64,000 nt of DNA, taken from NCBI GenBank assembly GCA_965153285.1, contig OZ229111.1; one strand, 5' to 3'. This document shows positions 40,208-53,096 of this stretch, one piece after another; within the stretch, counting starts at the first letter, position 1, and the number at the start of each line of letters is the position of its first letter. This DNA comes from Podarcis tiliguerta. Its lineage: Eukaryota. The translations under genes and the position numbers were made by a program. The notes beneath the pieces were generated by a model. The model was not told the DNA's origin and searched no databases. It saw nothing but the letters and a program-made list of their open reading frames with translations.

Positions 40208-40558
40208 TGTATAAGGCTCTTGTATGGATTCCATAGATCAGCACCGGGCTCTGAGTCTGGAGGGTGCTTCAGGATGCCACAACTATGGCGTAGTGAATTG
40301 AGCAGAACATAAGGTGAGAGGCAGGGTTGCCAAATTTTTGTCTCCTGCCTGCAAGGCTGTGGTTGAGGGAGAAGCAAGATCTGTTGAGTTGTTAATGCTG
40401 GGGCCCTCAGTCTTAGACTCAGGTTGTATATATGTGTACATAAAAAACCATATATATTTAAGACACCACAGTCCCTGCTGAACTTCATTCCAAGGAAACC
40501 AAACCCTGAGTAAGAGCTAGGACCCTTGGAATCTAATTGCTCAGAGATGGTAGTAACA
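40208..40558 (+). mobile_element. Probable solo-LTR remnant related to 12535-13130
   Basis: Shares CTCAGGTTGTATATATGTGTA.ATAAA..CCATATA..AAG.CACCAC.GTC.CTGCTG and ends TAACA; 5' boundary uncertain. Confidence 0.55.
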
Positions 40559-40575
40559 ATAGTATTACTGATAGT

Positions 40576-40942
40576 AGGACGCGGGTGGCGCTGTGGGTAA
40601 AACCTCAGTGCCTAGGACTTGCTGATTGTATGGTCAGCGGTTTGAATCCCCGCGGCGGGGTGAGCTCCCGTCGTCCAGTCCCAGCTCCTGCCCACCTAGC
40701 AGTTCGAAAGCACCCTTAAGTGCAAGTAGATAAATAGGTACCGCTTTATAGTGGGAAGGTAAACAGCGTTGCCGTGCGCTGCGCTGGTGCTGGCTCGCCA
40801 GAGCAGCTTCGTCAAGCTGGCCACGTGACCCGGAAGTGTCTTCGGACAGTACTGGCTCTCGGCCTCTTAAGCGAGATGAGCACGCAACCCCGGAGTCGGT
40901 CATGACTGGCCCGTACGGGCAGGGGTACCTTTACCTTTACCT
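40576..40942 (+). mobile_element. Sauria SINE, full length, CpG-rich (young)
   Basis: GGACGCGGGTGGCGCTGTGG head and (ACCTTT)3 tail; perfect TSD TTACTGATAGT. Confidence 0.95.
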
Positions 40943-43900
40943 TTACTGATAGTTCAAAGGATCTACAGAAAGAACTAGGTTGCAATGTTCCAGACATTGA
41001 GGGCTGAAGGCCACATCATCCTTGGGGTGCACAGAAAGTTGCCTAGGGGAGGGATAGAATTGGCAAATTTGTCTCCTTCCATCATTGGGAACACTGTGTG
41101 AATAGTTTCAGGTGCAAGAATTCATAATCTTAACACCATTTATTTAATTTATTTTCCAAATTGCCATCCATAAGAAATATTTAAAAATTATATAAGTAAA
41201 AAAATTGGCACAGGGAAAGAAACACTAGGAGATAACTATTAGCAATAGCTATCCCCTCATATTCTTTTAGCCAACTGGTTTGCTCAAGAAAAAGTCAGAG
41301 TTCTGTATTAGCAGACTCCCAGCAAAGTTATTTCTAAATAAATTTGTTCATCAGTCAAGGAGAAAAAAATCTTGTTCTAAAAACAGGTTAAACCCTTTTT
41401 AAGTAGATGCCTAAAGGGAATATGTGCCTTAAAAAACTCAAAGTAGGCTTCTCTCTTCTCCCTGTGTTGCTTGGCTACTCTGCAGATAAAGTGGAGAAAC
41501 TGAGAAATAAGCAGTTGAGGGTCACCTCACAGACTTTTTGGCTTTCCATCTGCTCACCTGACCTTGCTTCCCTCCCACAATGTTTCTCCACGGTATGTGG
41601 CCTGTTAAGATTCCTCTATGCTGTGAGATCTGAAGGGACCATATGGTCCTAACTATCTGGTTAACATTCTGACAAGCTGCCATTTATTTTTTAAAATAAA
41701 GTAGGTATTAATTCTATAATGCTCCAATAACTCTTTCATCTTGCTTTCATGTATATTCATAATACATATGCAGTGTGTCACATTCAGAAAACTCTCTTTC
41801 TGTGTTGAATTCCTACTTTGCATATAAATAGAGCACCATTCATATTCCCATTGTGGTTGCCATAGAAGACTTTTTGATTGTTCACACTGGTTTTGACCAC
41901 TTTCTTAACTTAAGAGACTAAGTAGACCATACATAGTTGTGTGAACGATTTTTTAAAAACAGAAAGCAAGCACAGAGAGCTGAACCAGAGTATGACTGCA
42001 GCGGAAAACAAATTCAGACTGGACCCCTATGCTTGTTATTTTCTTTTAAAAAGTCAGTTGTGTAATTGCTATTTCATGAAGGGCATATCATTCCAATCAA
42101 TTTCTCTGGGGCTGATAGGAAGTAGGGTCACAACACTGGGTGGGAGGTAGCACACATGATATTAAATGCAACTTGGAAACTTTAAATACAACTTTGTATT
42201 TAATACTCATTTTAAAATAAATGGAAACAATATCAGCTGGAGACAAATAATGATCACGATCACTGTAGTGGGTATGGGAAATTTTACCCTTTCCATTCCC
42301 CTGAACATCTAGGGAAAATTTCTCTTCTAATGCTGCTATTTGCACTGGGAGGAAATCAGAAGAGCTATCCCAACCCTTACAATATCCTTTGTATGTTTAA
42401 ATCAGCACAGATACACAATCATCTCTTATCATTTACCAAAAATCAGGAAATGCATTATTAATTATTACCATAGTTATTTCTATAAGGTGTGAGGCAGCTC
42501 CCTGCATTTTGTGTGAGTGGTAGAGTGTGGTGATGTCCATATAAGTCCCAGGGACAGGTACCTCATGAAGCCTATCCTCTGCCTTGCCACAAACAGCACT
42601 GCACTATCCAAGTACACAGATTAGGCTTCTGATGAAACTGCATGGATGTTGCAGCAGAAGTATGGCAATAGTTTTGTGGAAAGCTGCTAAGGAGAAGCCC
42701 AAGTTTGTTCACAGTCAGAACACTTAAAACAAGAGGCAAACTGCTGTTTTTCTTGTGCAATATTGACCTTTGCTTCAGTGTTTTGTTGTTCTACGTATCT
42801 GCATACAGACTGCAGAATCCAGTTGACTGGAAAACAATCTCAAGCCTTATATTCCTGAAGCATCTTTTCCTTCAGGCCTTTGAGAGTTTAAGGTTTGCTG
42901 GAGGGCAACAACCAGTATGCTGTCACTGCTGTGCTGATATTGGTTAGGACTGTATGTTATGTTATTTTATTTGTTTGGGTGGAATTCCATCAGTGCACTG
43001 CACAATCTCCCCTCCCTCTGCACACTGTTCTCAGGGTACTCCCAACCATCCTAAGCCAATGTGGGGGGAGTCATGGGGGGCGGATGGGGAAGCCCTGTCA
43101 CACTAGCAGCGCTCGCTGTAATGGCTTCTCCTAGCACAACTATTTAGTAGACTCTGTCCGAATATGTTTCATTATTCGTTTTGTGATATACTTGCTTTTA
43201 TTTCATTTTATTTCATTGGTTTATAAACAAACATGGGATCTAAATAGATGAAGGGTGATTTAAATATGCAATAATAAAATTAACAACAACAATAAAATAA
43301 TAATAATAACTTTAAGATAACCCTAACAAAATAGTGGTCCTGTGCAACATGTCTAATTTTAAGCCAAGTCATGAAACAATGGCAAGCCTTAATTGTTATA
43401 TTATGAAGGGGAAGTATGTTTTATTGTTTTCCTACATCAGACACATAAATTGCAGTCAGTTTTTCAAGACTACACCTAATTGAAATTACATTACACCAAA
43501 TTAAAAGTAAAGGAAATGACTTCGGATAATGAGAATCTACTAATTCCATAAATCATAATTCGGAAGATGAATTATAACACCTGGTCAGGTTTGGAAAATA
43601 ACAAATCTGTTAAAATTAATGAGATGTTAAAATGACAACTAATATTTCTATTTCCTTTCAGAGCCGTCCAGTTTGGTATTCACAGTTGCTGCTGCTGTAC
43701 ACTCAGAGAACAGACTATAAACCCATAATAAAGTGGTGTCTTTTATCAGAACCACCTCTCTTGCAACTGGTTATCTACTAGGGTTTGGTAATTAATAGTA
43801 CATTACTGTATCCTGTGATAGAGAAGGGAATGTTGTTGCTGTTTGGTTTCCTTTAATGTTTGGGATTTTTGAAGGGGCAAGTAACCTTTGTTACTGGTTA

Positions 43901-44070
43901 AAAAAGAAGAAGAATGATCATACAAATTTGTGTTGAACTGTATTGAAGCTCACAGCACAAATGTTGGTCATATTTAATTATAAATAAACATTTTCCAACA
44001 TTATTGGAGGTTTTGCATGCTTTTCATGAAGTACAGTGTCCAAACCACTTTAATCCGAACAATCTCAAAC

Positions 44071-44233
44071 TAGGGTTGCTAAAGTTCAAAAAGTAAAAAC
44101 CATGATACCCCGAAAGTTGTTGAGCTTTTTTCAATTGACTTGCCTAAGATCCAGGACAAATCTTGGAAATTCCCCCCAGATGTCAATTCTCCCCCAGTAA
44201 TGTCCAAGAAATTCCGGACGTACGGCAGCCCTA
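44071..44233. mobile_element. hAT-like MITE (TAGGG TIR)
   Basis: Ends TAGGGTTGC...GCAGCCCTA; TSD TCTCAAAC / TCTCAAAA (7/8). Confidence 0.8.
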
Positions 44234-45536
44234 TCTCAAAAACATATTAGACATGAGAAAATGCTCACCAGAAGTCTTTTACTTCAACTACTTCAGTCTG
44301 GTCTCCAGAGCCCTTGAGCTTTATGTAAAACCTAGACTGGAACACATAAAACACAGACCAGAAGTCTGTGTTTTGGGGATGTCACACAATTCTTGGAGGT
44401 TCTTGTTTAGTGGTATCAGTTTACATTAATGACCTACTGCCAAACATTTAACTTTTGGTAAATATGCTCCCAGTTTTTGTTTTTTTTAAATCCAAAATAA
44501 CATTCTAAGTTTCTATCCACTGATTGAAAATGTTGGAAAACAAAAATTTGCTGAGTTTTCCAAAAAAAACCACCACTACCCATAGTGAACAGTAAATACA
44601 CACAAGTTTGCATTTCTGGAAGTGCGGAAGATGCATGTGTGGAAGATGGTTAGAATTTAAATATGCAGCCTTATGACTGGTAATTTCTAGAAGCCAATAA
44701 AGCTATACCCATGCATAGATAATTACAAGCAGTATTTCACATTGTTGAAGTATACTAGTTTGCATTTTGCAATGCAGCTTGTCTTTTCAACACTGAAGAA
44801 CAGCCACGATAGAAATTTGTAGGAAACATAGAACCTTGAGTGTGATCTGCTTCCATACCACCATGTTTTGCTGGATCTCAGCCACTGGAACTCCCCTGAA
44901 ATGACTCAGTTGTGGGAGCATGTGTCCTTGGCATCATAATTTGTGAAATGTAATGAGGAGGAGAACAATGCTTTCAACTATTGTGATCTGATTATGCAGA
45001 AAACTAATTCTCTGGTTTAGAATTGCCTTTGAGCAAAATAGCGTTTTCTTTGCCAGGCACCTAATACTGCTTTTTAGTTGAATTTTTTTTTCTCCTTTTA
45101 AAAACTATTACAGACAAATTGGCAAGATAAAATGAATTATCCCTTCAGTCTCAGTCTGAATAATAGCCTAGTAAAGTTTATTTGGTTCTGCATTCCGGTC
45201 TTGGAAATGAAGAAGACAAGCATGAATTAAGCTGGCAGCATTATTGCCTCTTGCTTCTTACATCCCAAAAATGACCTGCATAAGAGAAACATTGAGAATG
45301 CCACCATTTTTTTATAGCAAAAACTGAGTAAAACTAATTGTATCGACCTGGTTGACCTTTCACAGAGGCCTGATCAGCTAGGGCTCTCTGAATTGTTGTT
45401 GAACCATATCTAAAGGGCACAAGGTTGGAGCAGATGGTGACATGTTAACATTTCCCTCTTGTCTTTCATGAAGAATCAATTTTTAATTCCTTTCTGTTAT
45501 CCTTTGTTCTCATTGCTTGCTATTTATAGCTCTTAT

Positions 45537-45676
45537 CAGTGCTTTTTCTGGGGGGGAAGCATACCCCTAAACATTTTGTGAATCTAAGTTTGGCCTCATT
45601 GAGGGGCAGTATTTCAAAATGAGTAGGAAAATGAGAGTGCCCCTAAACCCTTTTTTTTTTAAGAAACAAAGCACTG
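45537..45676. mobile_element. hAT-type MITE
   Basis: TIRs CAGTGCTTTTTTCT / AGAAACAAAGCACTG; perfect 8-bp TSD GCTCTTAT. Confidence 0.9.
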
Positions 45677-47059
45677 GCTCTTATTCTGAAAACCTGTTTT
45701 TATTTCTGTCCTTCTTTCTAAACCCTTTTGTGAACTGAGAGTGCCTAGCTGAACAATCTTCTTCCATCTCCTGGCTTCCCTCTGAGGACTTGCTGCTTCT
45801 CCCACCTTGGTCCAGTTTAGCTGGAATCTAGTCATGGAATCAACGTATCAAAGAAACCCAATAAATTCCCCTTTATCTCCAACCACCTAACTTTCCTTAG
45901 TATATTATTTTCTCAGAAGGCATGCACTTCCACAAATGGTTGGCTGCAGTGGGAGAGAAAAGTTGTTTCTGTCCCAAGGTAAGAACCTGTTGGTGGAACC
46001 TGTCCCTGCCAGGTGACCAACAGGAGGGGAGTTAGTATACCCTGAGTAAGAAATAAGTGTGGCTTGATTTGTAGGTTGTTGTTTTGCTTGTTTTCCAAAG
46101 GATTAACTGGCATTCCTAATACAAAGCTGCATGGTTATTGGCTATTTTATGACTTTACTCATTTATATTGTTTTGATTGTTTTGTTTATTGTGCATTTAG
46201 TGCATATTTATTTTGTATTAATAAGCCTTTCATCCCTTTGGGGGCCTTTGGGACAAAAGATGGCATATAAATAAAGCATAACGTAGTGTAATATTTTTTG
46301 TTATAATATTACTGCCTCTGGCTGCTAATGGAAATGGTGTGATTCGGTGTTGTGTCTTCCTACCTAAGTGGGCCGATGGAAAGTACATCAAGGAATTTCA
46401 CTAAATAAGTCTATTAATTACCCTGACAGTCTCATGTGGAGTTTCCAATGGCTGACTGAACTTAAAGTGAACCAGTGAAGAAGATTAAAAGATCACGGCT
46501 GGCCTTAAAACCTTGGCCTTCCCCTTGCCCCTCCCCAATCCTTATCCTGTCATCCAGGAAAAGCTGTTTACTGTCTACAATCTTCACAGAAAGAGGTCAA
46601 TGACTAGCATATATAGGGTTGCTATTCCTGGTCAGCACTCTGGCACAAATTCATCACACCAGTAAAGGAAAGAAGATGACATTGCAGCAGTCCAATTATT
46701 CAATGTGATAAAGGGCACAATATTGTTTTATTCTTGGATGCCAAAAGTCAACTCACAATTTATATGGCAAATGAATTTCTGCCTGTCCGCTGTGCATCTT
46801 CCAGTAAAAGCCATGGGCCAAATTCAACTAACAAGGCCCATTTGTAGAAGCCCACGCAAGGACTTCCACTAGCACAATGGGGCTTTCCCTCCTCACCTTC
46901 CACTGCATACCCACGCTGTCCCTCCAAAAAGCCCAGGATAGCACATAAGCGGGAGGAGATGGAGAATCATTCCATCTGGCAAGCTGAAATGCTTGCATTG
47001 AATGAACAAATTGCTGACTGGAGTTGGTTACTAGAAGAATAGCTCTTTATTACAACAGC

Positions 47060-47340
47060 ACCACTGGTTACTGGCCCCTTTCTGGGCAGAAATCAAAGTG
47101 CTGGTTATGACATATAAAGCCTTATATGGCTTGGGTCCAGGCTATTAGAATATTTGAAGATTTGGGTCCAGGCTATATGAGCCTACCCAGGCTTTGAGAT
47201 CTTCAGGTGGGCTTTGGTCCCACCACCTTCAAAGGCACATCTGGAGAGGACAGTGAGCATAGTGGCTGCCCCAGATTGTGGAACTCCCTTTCACAGGAAA
47301 CTAAGATGACCCTTTCTCTGCTTTTCTTTTGCTAACGCAA
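47060..47340 (+). mobile_element. Decayed L2 3' fragment (others near 47730-47890, 52015-52150 and, on the minus strand, 50480-50700)
   Basis: CACTGGTTAC...AAAGTGCTGGTTATGACATATAAAGCCTTATATGGCTTGGGTCCAGGCTA encodes HWL...KVLVMTYKALYGLGPGY; ends with TGTGGAACTCCCT. Confidence 0.75.
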
Positions 47341-48059
47341 ATATTTTTTTGTTAAGGCGGGTCTTTGGCCACTAACTGGCTGTTGGGGCAATCTTCAGAG
47401 GCTGGGTGTTGTACTTTTGTGGGGGAGAGGGTTGTGTGGTGTGTGTGTGTCTGTGTGCATGATTTTAAATTGTTTTTAGTGTTTTCAGTGCTATTTTTAA
47501 AAGGGTTACTGATTTAATTTTTACACACACACACACACACACACACTGACTGCATGTGTCTATATAACCTGCAAAATTAAGTATAAACGTTATTCCCGTT
47601 TATTGAAAAGGGCTCAGTAGCTGTTAAAAGGTGTTCAGTCTCTCCTATTCCAGTAATAAATTTAACCAGATACAGATTCATGTCATGCTCCTCTGCACCC
47701 GCCCCCCAGTGTGTGCATGCCCCGCCACGCTACACCCTTCGGAGCCCTCTTGGTAGTTCCACTACCCTCAGAGGTTCTGGGGTAGTGGCCTGGGACAGGG
47801 CATTCTCCATGGCAGCCCCTAAATTGTTGAATTCCCTCCCCACCAAAGTGCATCTCATGCCTCCATTGTACAATTTCATCATATGCTGGCACCACACTTC
47901 TTTGCAATTGACATCTTGTAAATATAATAATGATAATCATGATTCCATACTTTTCTTCCCCATTTAATCTGGACTTACCATTTCCAGATGGTTTCAGTTT
48001 TTTAGTTATTGGATTTTGCACAGAAATGGTAAATTGGGATCACATTGAAAAAAAGAATA

Positions 48060-48288
48060 CAGTGATACCTCGGGTTACATACGCTTCAGGTTACAGGCGC
48101 TTCAGGTTACAGACTCTGCTAACTTCGGGTTAAGAACTTTGCTTCAGGATGAGAACAGAAATCATGCTCTGGCGGCACAGTGGCAGCAGGAGGCCCCATT
48201 AGCTAAAGTGGTGCTTCAGGTTAAGAACAGTTTCAGGTTAAGAACAGACCTCTGGAACGAATTAAGTTCTTAACCCGAGGTACCACTG
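48060..48288. mobile_element. Tc1/mariner (pogo/Tigger-like) MITE
   Basis: TIRs CAGTGATACCTCGGGTTA / TAACCCGAGGTACCACTG; TA TSD on both sides; internal (GC)TTCAGGTTA repeats. Confidence 0.9.
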
Positions 48289-49527
48289 TATTGGGCATCA
48301 ACATTTTTGATGAAAGTAATGTCATGTAAACACTACATGAAATTTGCATTCTACAGCAGCACTGTCCACAGTAAGCTGCCATGTGGAAGTACTGCTCCCC
48401 CCCCCCCCCGGTCTCTTGTTCCCCTTAATGATCCTTTGCACTGCTTCATTGCATTCACAAAGGTGGGAGAGAGAGATAAAGCAGAGTGACCTGTGTACAA
48501 GCATGGCGGATAGGTGGTAAACAGCTCTAGTAAGCCTATGAGACTCCTTTGTGTGCATAAACTGTGTATGAAACAGATTGATTTAGGCCCCACTCCCATG
48601 GCAAGGCAGTTTATGATATCAGTATACTAATAATGCACATTTAATATGTTTTTGAACTTGAACATTGCAGCAATACAAGAATAACTTTTTTATTAATTAA
48701 ATTGGTTGTTCAGCATTCAGCATGAGCTAAGAGGATGAAAAAATGCAATAGAATGCAACATTCAAAGCAATTAAAACAACAAAAGGACAGAAAAACCTAT
48801 CCAAGGTGGCACCAGAGAAGCTCCTCTTTGGCAATGGCATTCCAAATATATGGTACTACAGCCAAAAAAAGCACCAAGATATACTTAATTGGATGTACTT
48901 AAGCTGGGAAGTATCAGTCTCAGATATTCTTCAAGTGGTTTCGAGGGATTATTTAAATGATAAACTGTGCTCAATGAGCATAATGAGCATAATTAATGAA
49001 TGTAAGCAATGACATCAAGACCATGAAACATGCTGAAGAAATAGAAAACTTACCATAAACATGTAATCCAATGGTTGCCTGGTATTCATACAATGGTATG
49101 CGGGTCCTAAAGTAAAATATAAACAAAAAAGTTGTAGTCTCTGATAATGACAAATTGCTATTTTAACACTGCAAGTTTCATAGCAAAGAAAATTCAGGAA
49201 ACATATTGGAAGCAGCAGCGGTAACAAGAACAGCCTTCAAATGTATCTAGGTCAAAGATCTAGAAATATTTCTCATTTATAGAGCACAGATACTGAAATC
49301 TTGAATATCATGAGCTTCCCCCAACCCCAGTATTTGGAAAATCTGCCTCACACTGAGTTTTCCTGGATTTCACTCTGTCCCATTCTTTCTCATCTCATAA
49401 GGAACAAGAGATTGAGTTAGGCGATCCTCTGGAGCAAATTTGGGAGTGCAGGGGGGGAGGAGGAAGTCCCACTGTGGAAGTAAAATCCTGCTTGTGCAGC
49501 ATTACCTAGAGCTGTTATACCACAGTA

Positions 49528-49770
49528 AAAGGTAAAGGGACCCCTGACCATTAGGTCCAGTCGTGGCCGACTCTGGGGTTGTGGGGCTCATCTCACTTTA
49601 TTGGCCGAGGGAACCAGTGTACAGCTTCCGGGTCATGTGGCTAGCATGACTAAGCCGCTTCTGGCGAACCAGAGCAGCGCACAGAAACGCCGTTTACCTT
49701 CCCGCTGGAGTGGTACCTATTTATCTACTTGCACTTTGACATGCTTTCGAACTGCTAGGTTGGCAGGAGC
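49528..49770 (-). mobile_element. Sauria SINE, 5'-truncated
   Basis: Near-identical to 33337-33590; perfect 12-bp TSD TATACCACAGTA. Confidence 0.93.
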
Positions 49771-52724
49771 TATACCACAGTACTTCACTTCACTTTAAAA
49801 AGGACATAGGTTTGCAAGACTCACTACCTGTACAATACAATACAGCCTATTTCCAAAGCATTGGAAAGTTACTGCTATTTCGGTTTATTTTCTGGTTTCA
49901 AGTAACATTTAATCTAAACTGAGTTAATCCAAAATTTTGTTGTTGTCATTTTAAAAAAATAGCCAGTGAAAATTTGTTGCGCTTCAGTTGTTAAGATTAG
50001 ACCATTTAAACCTTTTGTTGCAGACATTCAGAATGCCTTTCAGGACCTAATAATAGTTGGCAGAAAGCATGAATAATTAGGCACGTGTTGGTGATCAGAC
50101 ACCTTGCAGGAGAAAACAAAACTTATTGATTTCCTTTTTCAGATGGTTTTGCTGACTGTGTGGATTTACATAATTCCAAGTAAAGTTATGGCATAACACC
50201 TAAAAGATAAACTATAAATATGATGATTTGGGCACCATCTCAAAATAGCAGCAGTGCATTGCAATATGATAGTGAGTTGCTGTAGAGACAAATGATCAGC
50301 ATACAAATAGCCTGATTATGGGAGCAGAAGGAATAATCACTGATTGGCGATTTAGAGCAGAGGAAGACTGATTATACTGAAATGGAAAACTGACAAACCA
50401 AAAACTTATTTCTACCTTCTCTGTTCAGTGTTTGGTAAAATAACAGCTCAGAAAGAGAGAGAGAACTTGTTGAAGGCTTGTTGAAAAAGGAAGGTCTCCA
50501 ATAGACAGCAGAAAGGCAGTAAACATAACAGAAAGGAGTTCCAAAGGGTATGTGCCAGCACACTAAAGCCTGATTCCTACATCACACAGAATGATGACAA
50601 GTCATGCATCCGCCAGCAGCCCTGATGAGTTGACATCTGCCAGAGGCCCTCACCTGCATAGCACTGTGAGCAGCTGGACAGATGATCAATCCTTAACACT
50701 TCAAATATTCTTCACAAATTCTTAAACAAGCAGCAGCACATACGTATATGAATTGTTTTCCCAGTGTTGTTTAGAATATGCAAATTTGAGTCTCTACAAG
50801 GAAATGCGTTCTCAGCTCTGGACAGCTGTGGGGAACAAAGAACAACCTCTGCACACAAAAACACATATTTGCTAAGAGTGTCTTGAGCCATATAAGAAGG
50901 CCATTCTGCTGGTTCTTTCCAGGCTTGTCCCATCTTGCTTCTAAGCTGAAATTTACTTCTGCCAGTTTACCACCAAGCTTTTGCAGTCTGCTCCAGTTTT
51001 AATGGTTAGGACTGCTTTCTGCAGTTTCTGCTTTTTGCAAATTTTAATTTGACCTTAGATCTTCCACTCTGCTTTTCTTTCTTTGTTGGCTTGGATGTGG
51101 GTGTCCTTGAGTTTATTGGAATAAATGCCATGTCTTCATCCTTTTCAGATAGAAAACTACCTATTAAACTTATTTTAAATGTGTGTTGTTGTTGTTGTTT
51201 TTTAAAAAAATGTTTTTGTTCTGACTGTAAAATACTAAAACGCTAAAATGAGGTGCATGGAACGTTATGAAAGCTACTTTACTTAGACCATTTTTAAAAC
51301 AACTACACTTTATTCAAACATTTGCATTGCTGTGTCGGGTCATTTATTTTCAATACAAAAAGAGCCACAGTCATTAAGAACCCCTTAAACACTTTTGAAT
51401 ATGAGCTACAAAATGTTTCCAATCTCAGCTTTTCAATTGCACAATCTTTAAACCTGCCATACTGATAATGCTGCTGTCTTGTTATTTCAGTTCTTTTTAG
51501 CTCTACACCCAACAGCCAAAGAAAAAAATGTGTAAGCATAAATGTACTTATAATTCCTAAAATATACTCAAGGTGCTGTTACCAAGAGAATAACTTTCTC
51601 CAATATACATAGATATCCAAATGCCAAGCTGGGGATGGGAAATAACTTGCTTTGTTTATTATCCTGCAGGCATAGAAAAATACTGCTATATACACAGTCA
51701 ATATTGGAACAATATTTCTGTCAGCTCTGATGTTTCAAATAGAAAATAAATTATGTTCTGAGAAAATCTTCTAAAACTCTTGAAATGAATCTGCATATAC
51801 CCTTAATAAAGAAACTGAGTAATGGTTCCACACTAAGTGGAAAGGGCCTGATTTAAACACTACCTTGGTGGCAGCTCTCCCCACTGTAGAAGTGACTGTG
51901 TAAACATTCATCACACAGATTGGTAGATTTTGTGGATAATTCTGGTGATCACAGTTCCACATGAAATACTACCTTCTCCCAAATGAAGCTTCCTATCAAT
52001 TAAGATCTTAAGAGAACCATCTGCTGTTGGAAGGCTTTCTCTGTAGTGGCACCCAAGTTATGAAATCCCTACCTAAGAATGTCCAGCTAACACCCTTCCT
52101 GCCATTTTTAAGGTGCCAAGTGAAGTCCATCCTGTTCACTCAGTCTTTTAATGGCATTTTATGGTTTTTGTGATAATTGGTCTCTCCCTTTTAATTGCTG
52201 ATAGCTTAATGGATGTTTAGTCATTGGCTCACTTGGTTGATCTGGTGTTTTATGTAGGGGTGGGGAGCCCCCCCCCCCAAGAAAATGTGTAGGGCCTGAA
52301 CAGTGCAAAGTGGGTGGGGCCAAAACCCAAAGTTGGTGGGCCTCAACAAGACGTCAGTTGCATCTCTCTGCACCAGGACATAAATAAAAAGAACCAAGTC
52401 CTGAAGCTTTCAAAGGCAAAGAAACACAGGAATGTTTCAGTGCTTCTGTTTCCATATGGGCATTGAGAAAAGGTACTATTCCCAATCTTCTCTGTTCCAC
52501 AAATTAAGTAGAAATCCTGGCACTAGGCTTTCCTGCAACCAGAGTCTCCTGGGATCCTTGCTACAATCAAGGAATGGATCGTTACAATGTCCCTCACCAT
52601 AAAATCTGGAAACTCTCTGATTTTGGGCTAGCTCTAGGGCCTTGCTGGTCAGGAAGCCTGGGCTATAGAAGGACACATAAAGGCTTTTGGAATTGTCCAA
52701 TGCTCTAAGGATCATGAGATGCTA

Positions 52725-53090
52725 GGGATGTGGGTGGTGCTGTGGTCTAAACCACTGAGCCTCTTGGGCTTGTTGATCGGAAGGTTGATAGTTCGAATCC
52801 ACGTGATGGGGTGAGCTCCTGTTGCTCTGTCCCAGCTTCTGCCAAGCTAGCAGATCAAAAATGTACCAGTGCAAGTAGATAAATAGGTACCAATGAGGCA
52901 GGAAGGTAATGACATTTCTGTATGCTCTGGCTTCTGCCATGTTCCATTGCACCAGAAGCGGTTTAGTTATGCTGGCCACATGATCCAGAAAGCTGTCTGC
53001 GGCTTCCTTGGCCTGAAAAGCGAGGTGAGCAGCATACCCCATAGTCACCTTTGACTGGATTTAACCATCCAGGGGTCCTTTACCTTTTAC
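52725..53090 (+). mobile_element. Sauria SINE, full length
   Basis: Head GGGATGTGGGTGGTGCTGTGG, B-box AGTTCGAATCC, ACCTTT tail; perfect 11-bp TSD CATGAGATGCT (52713-52723, 53091-53101). Confidence 0.93.
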
Positions 53091-53096
53091 CATGAG

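Noticed and set aside
42292-42350. Possible ~57-bp minus-strand exon (QIAALEEKFSLDVQGNGKG) with AG/GT ends
   Set aside because: No recognisable protein similarity, a weak donor and no partner exons; expected by chance.
48060-48288. Short repeated TTCAGGTTA units that could be mistaken for a CRISPR-like array
   Set aside because: Vertebrate DNA; these are subterminal repeats of a TIR/TA-flanked MITE with irregular spacing.
50144-50180. Polypyrimidine-AG followed by DGFADCVD, reminiscent of an LDL-receptor class A repeat
   Set aside because: Too short, lacks the SDE motif and remaining cysteines, and the donor is poor.
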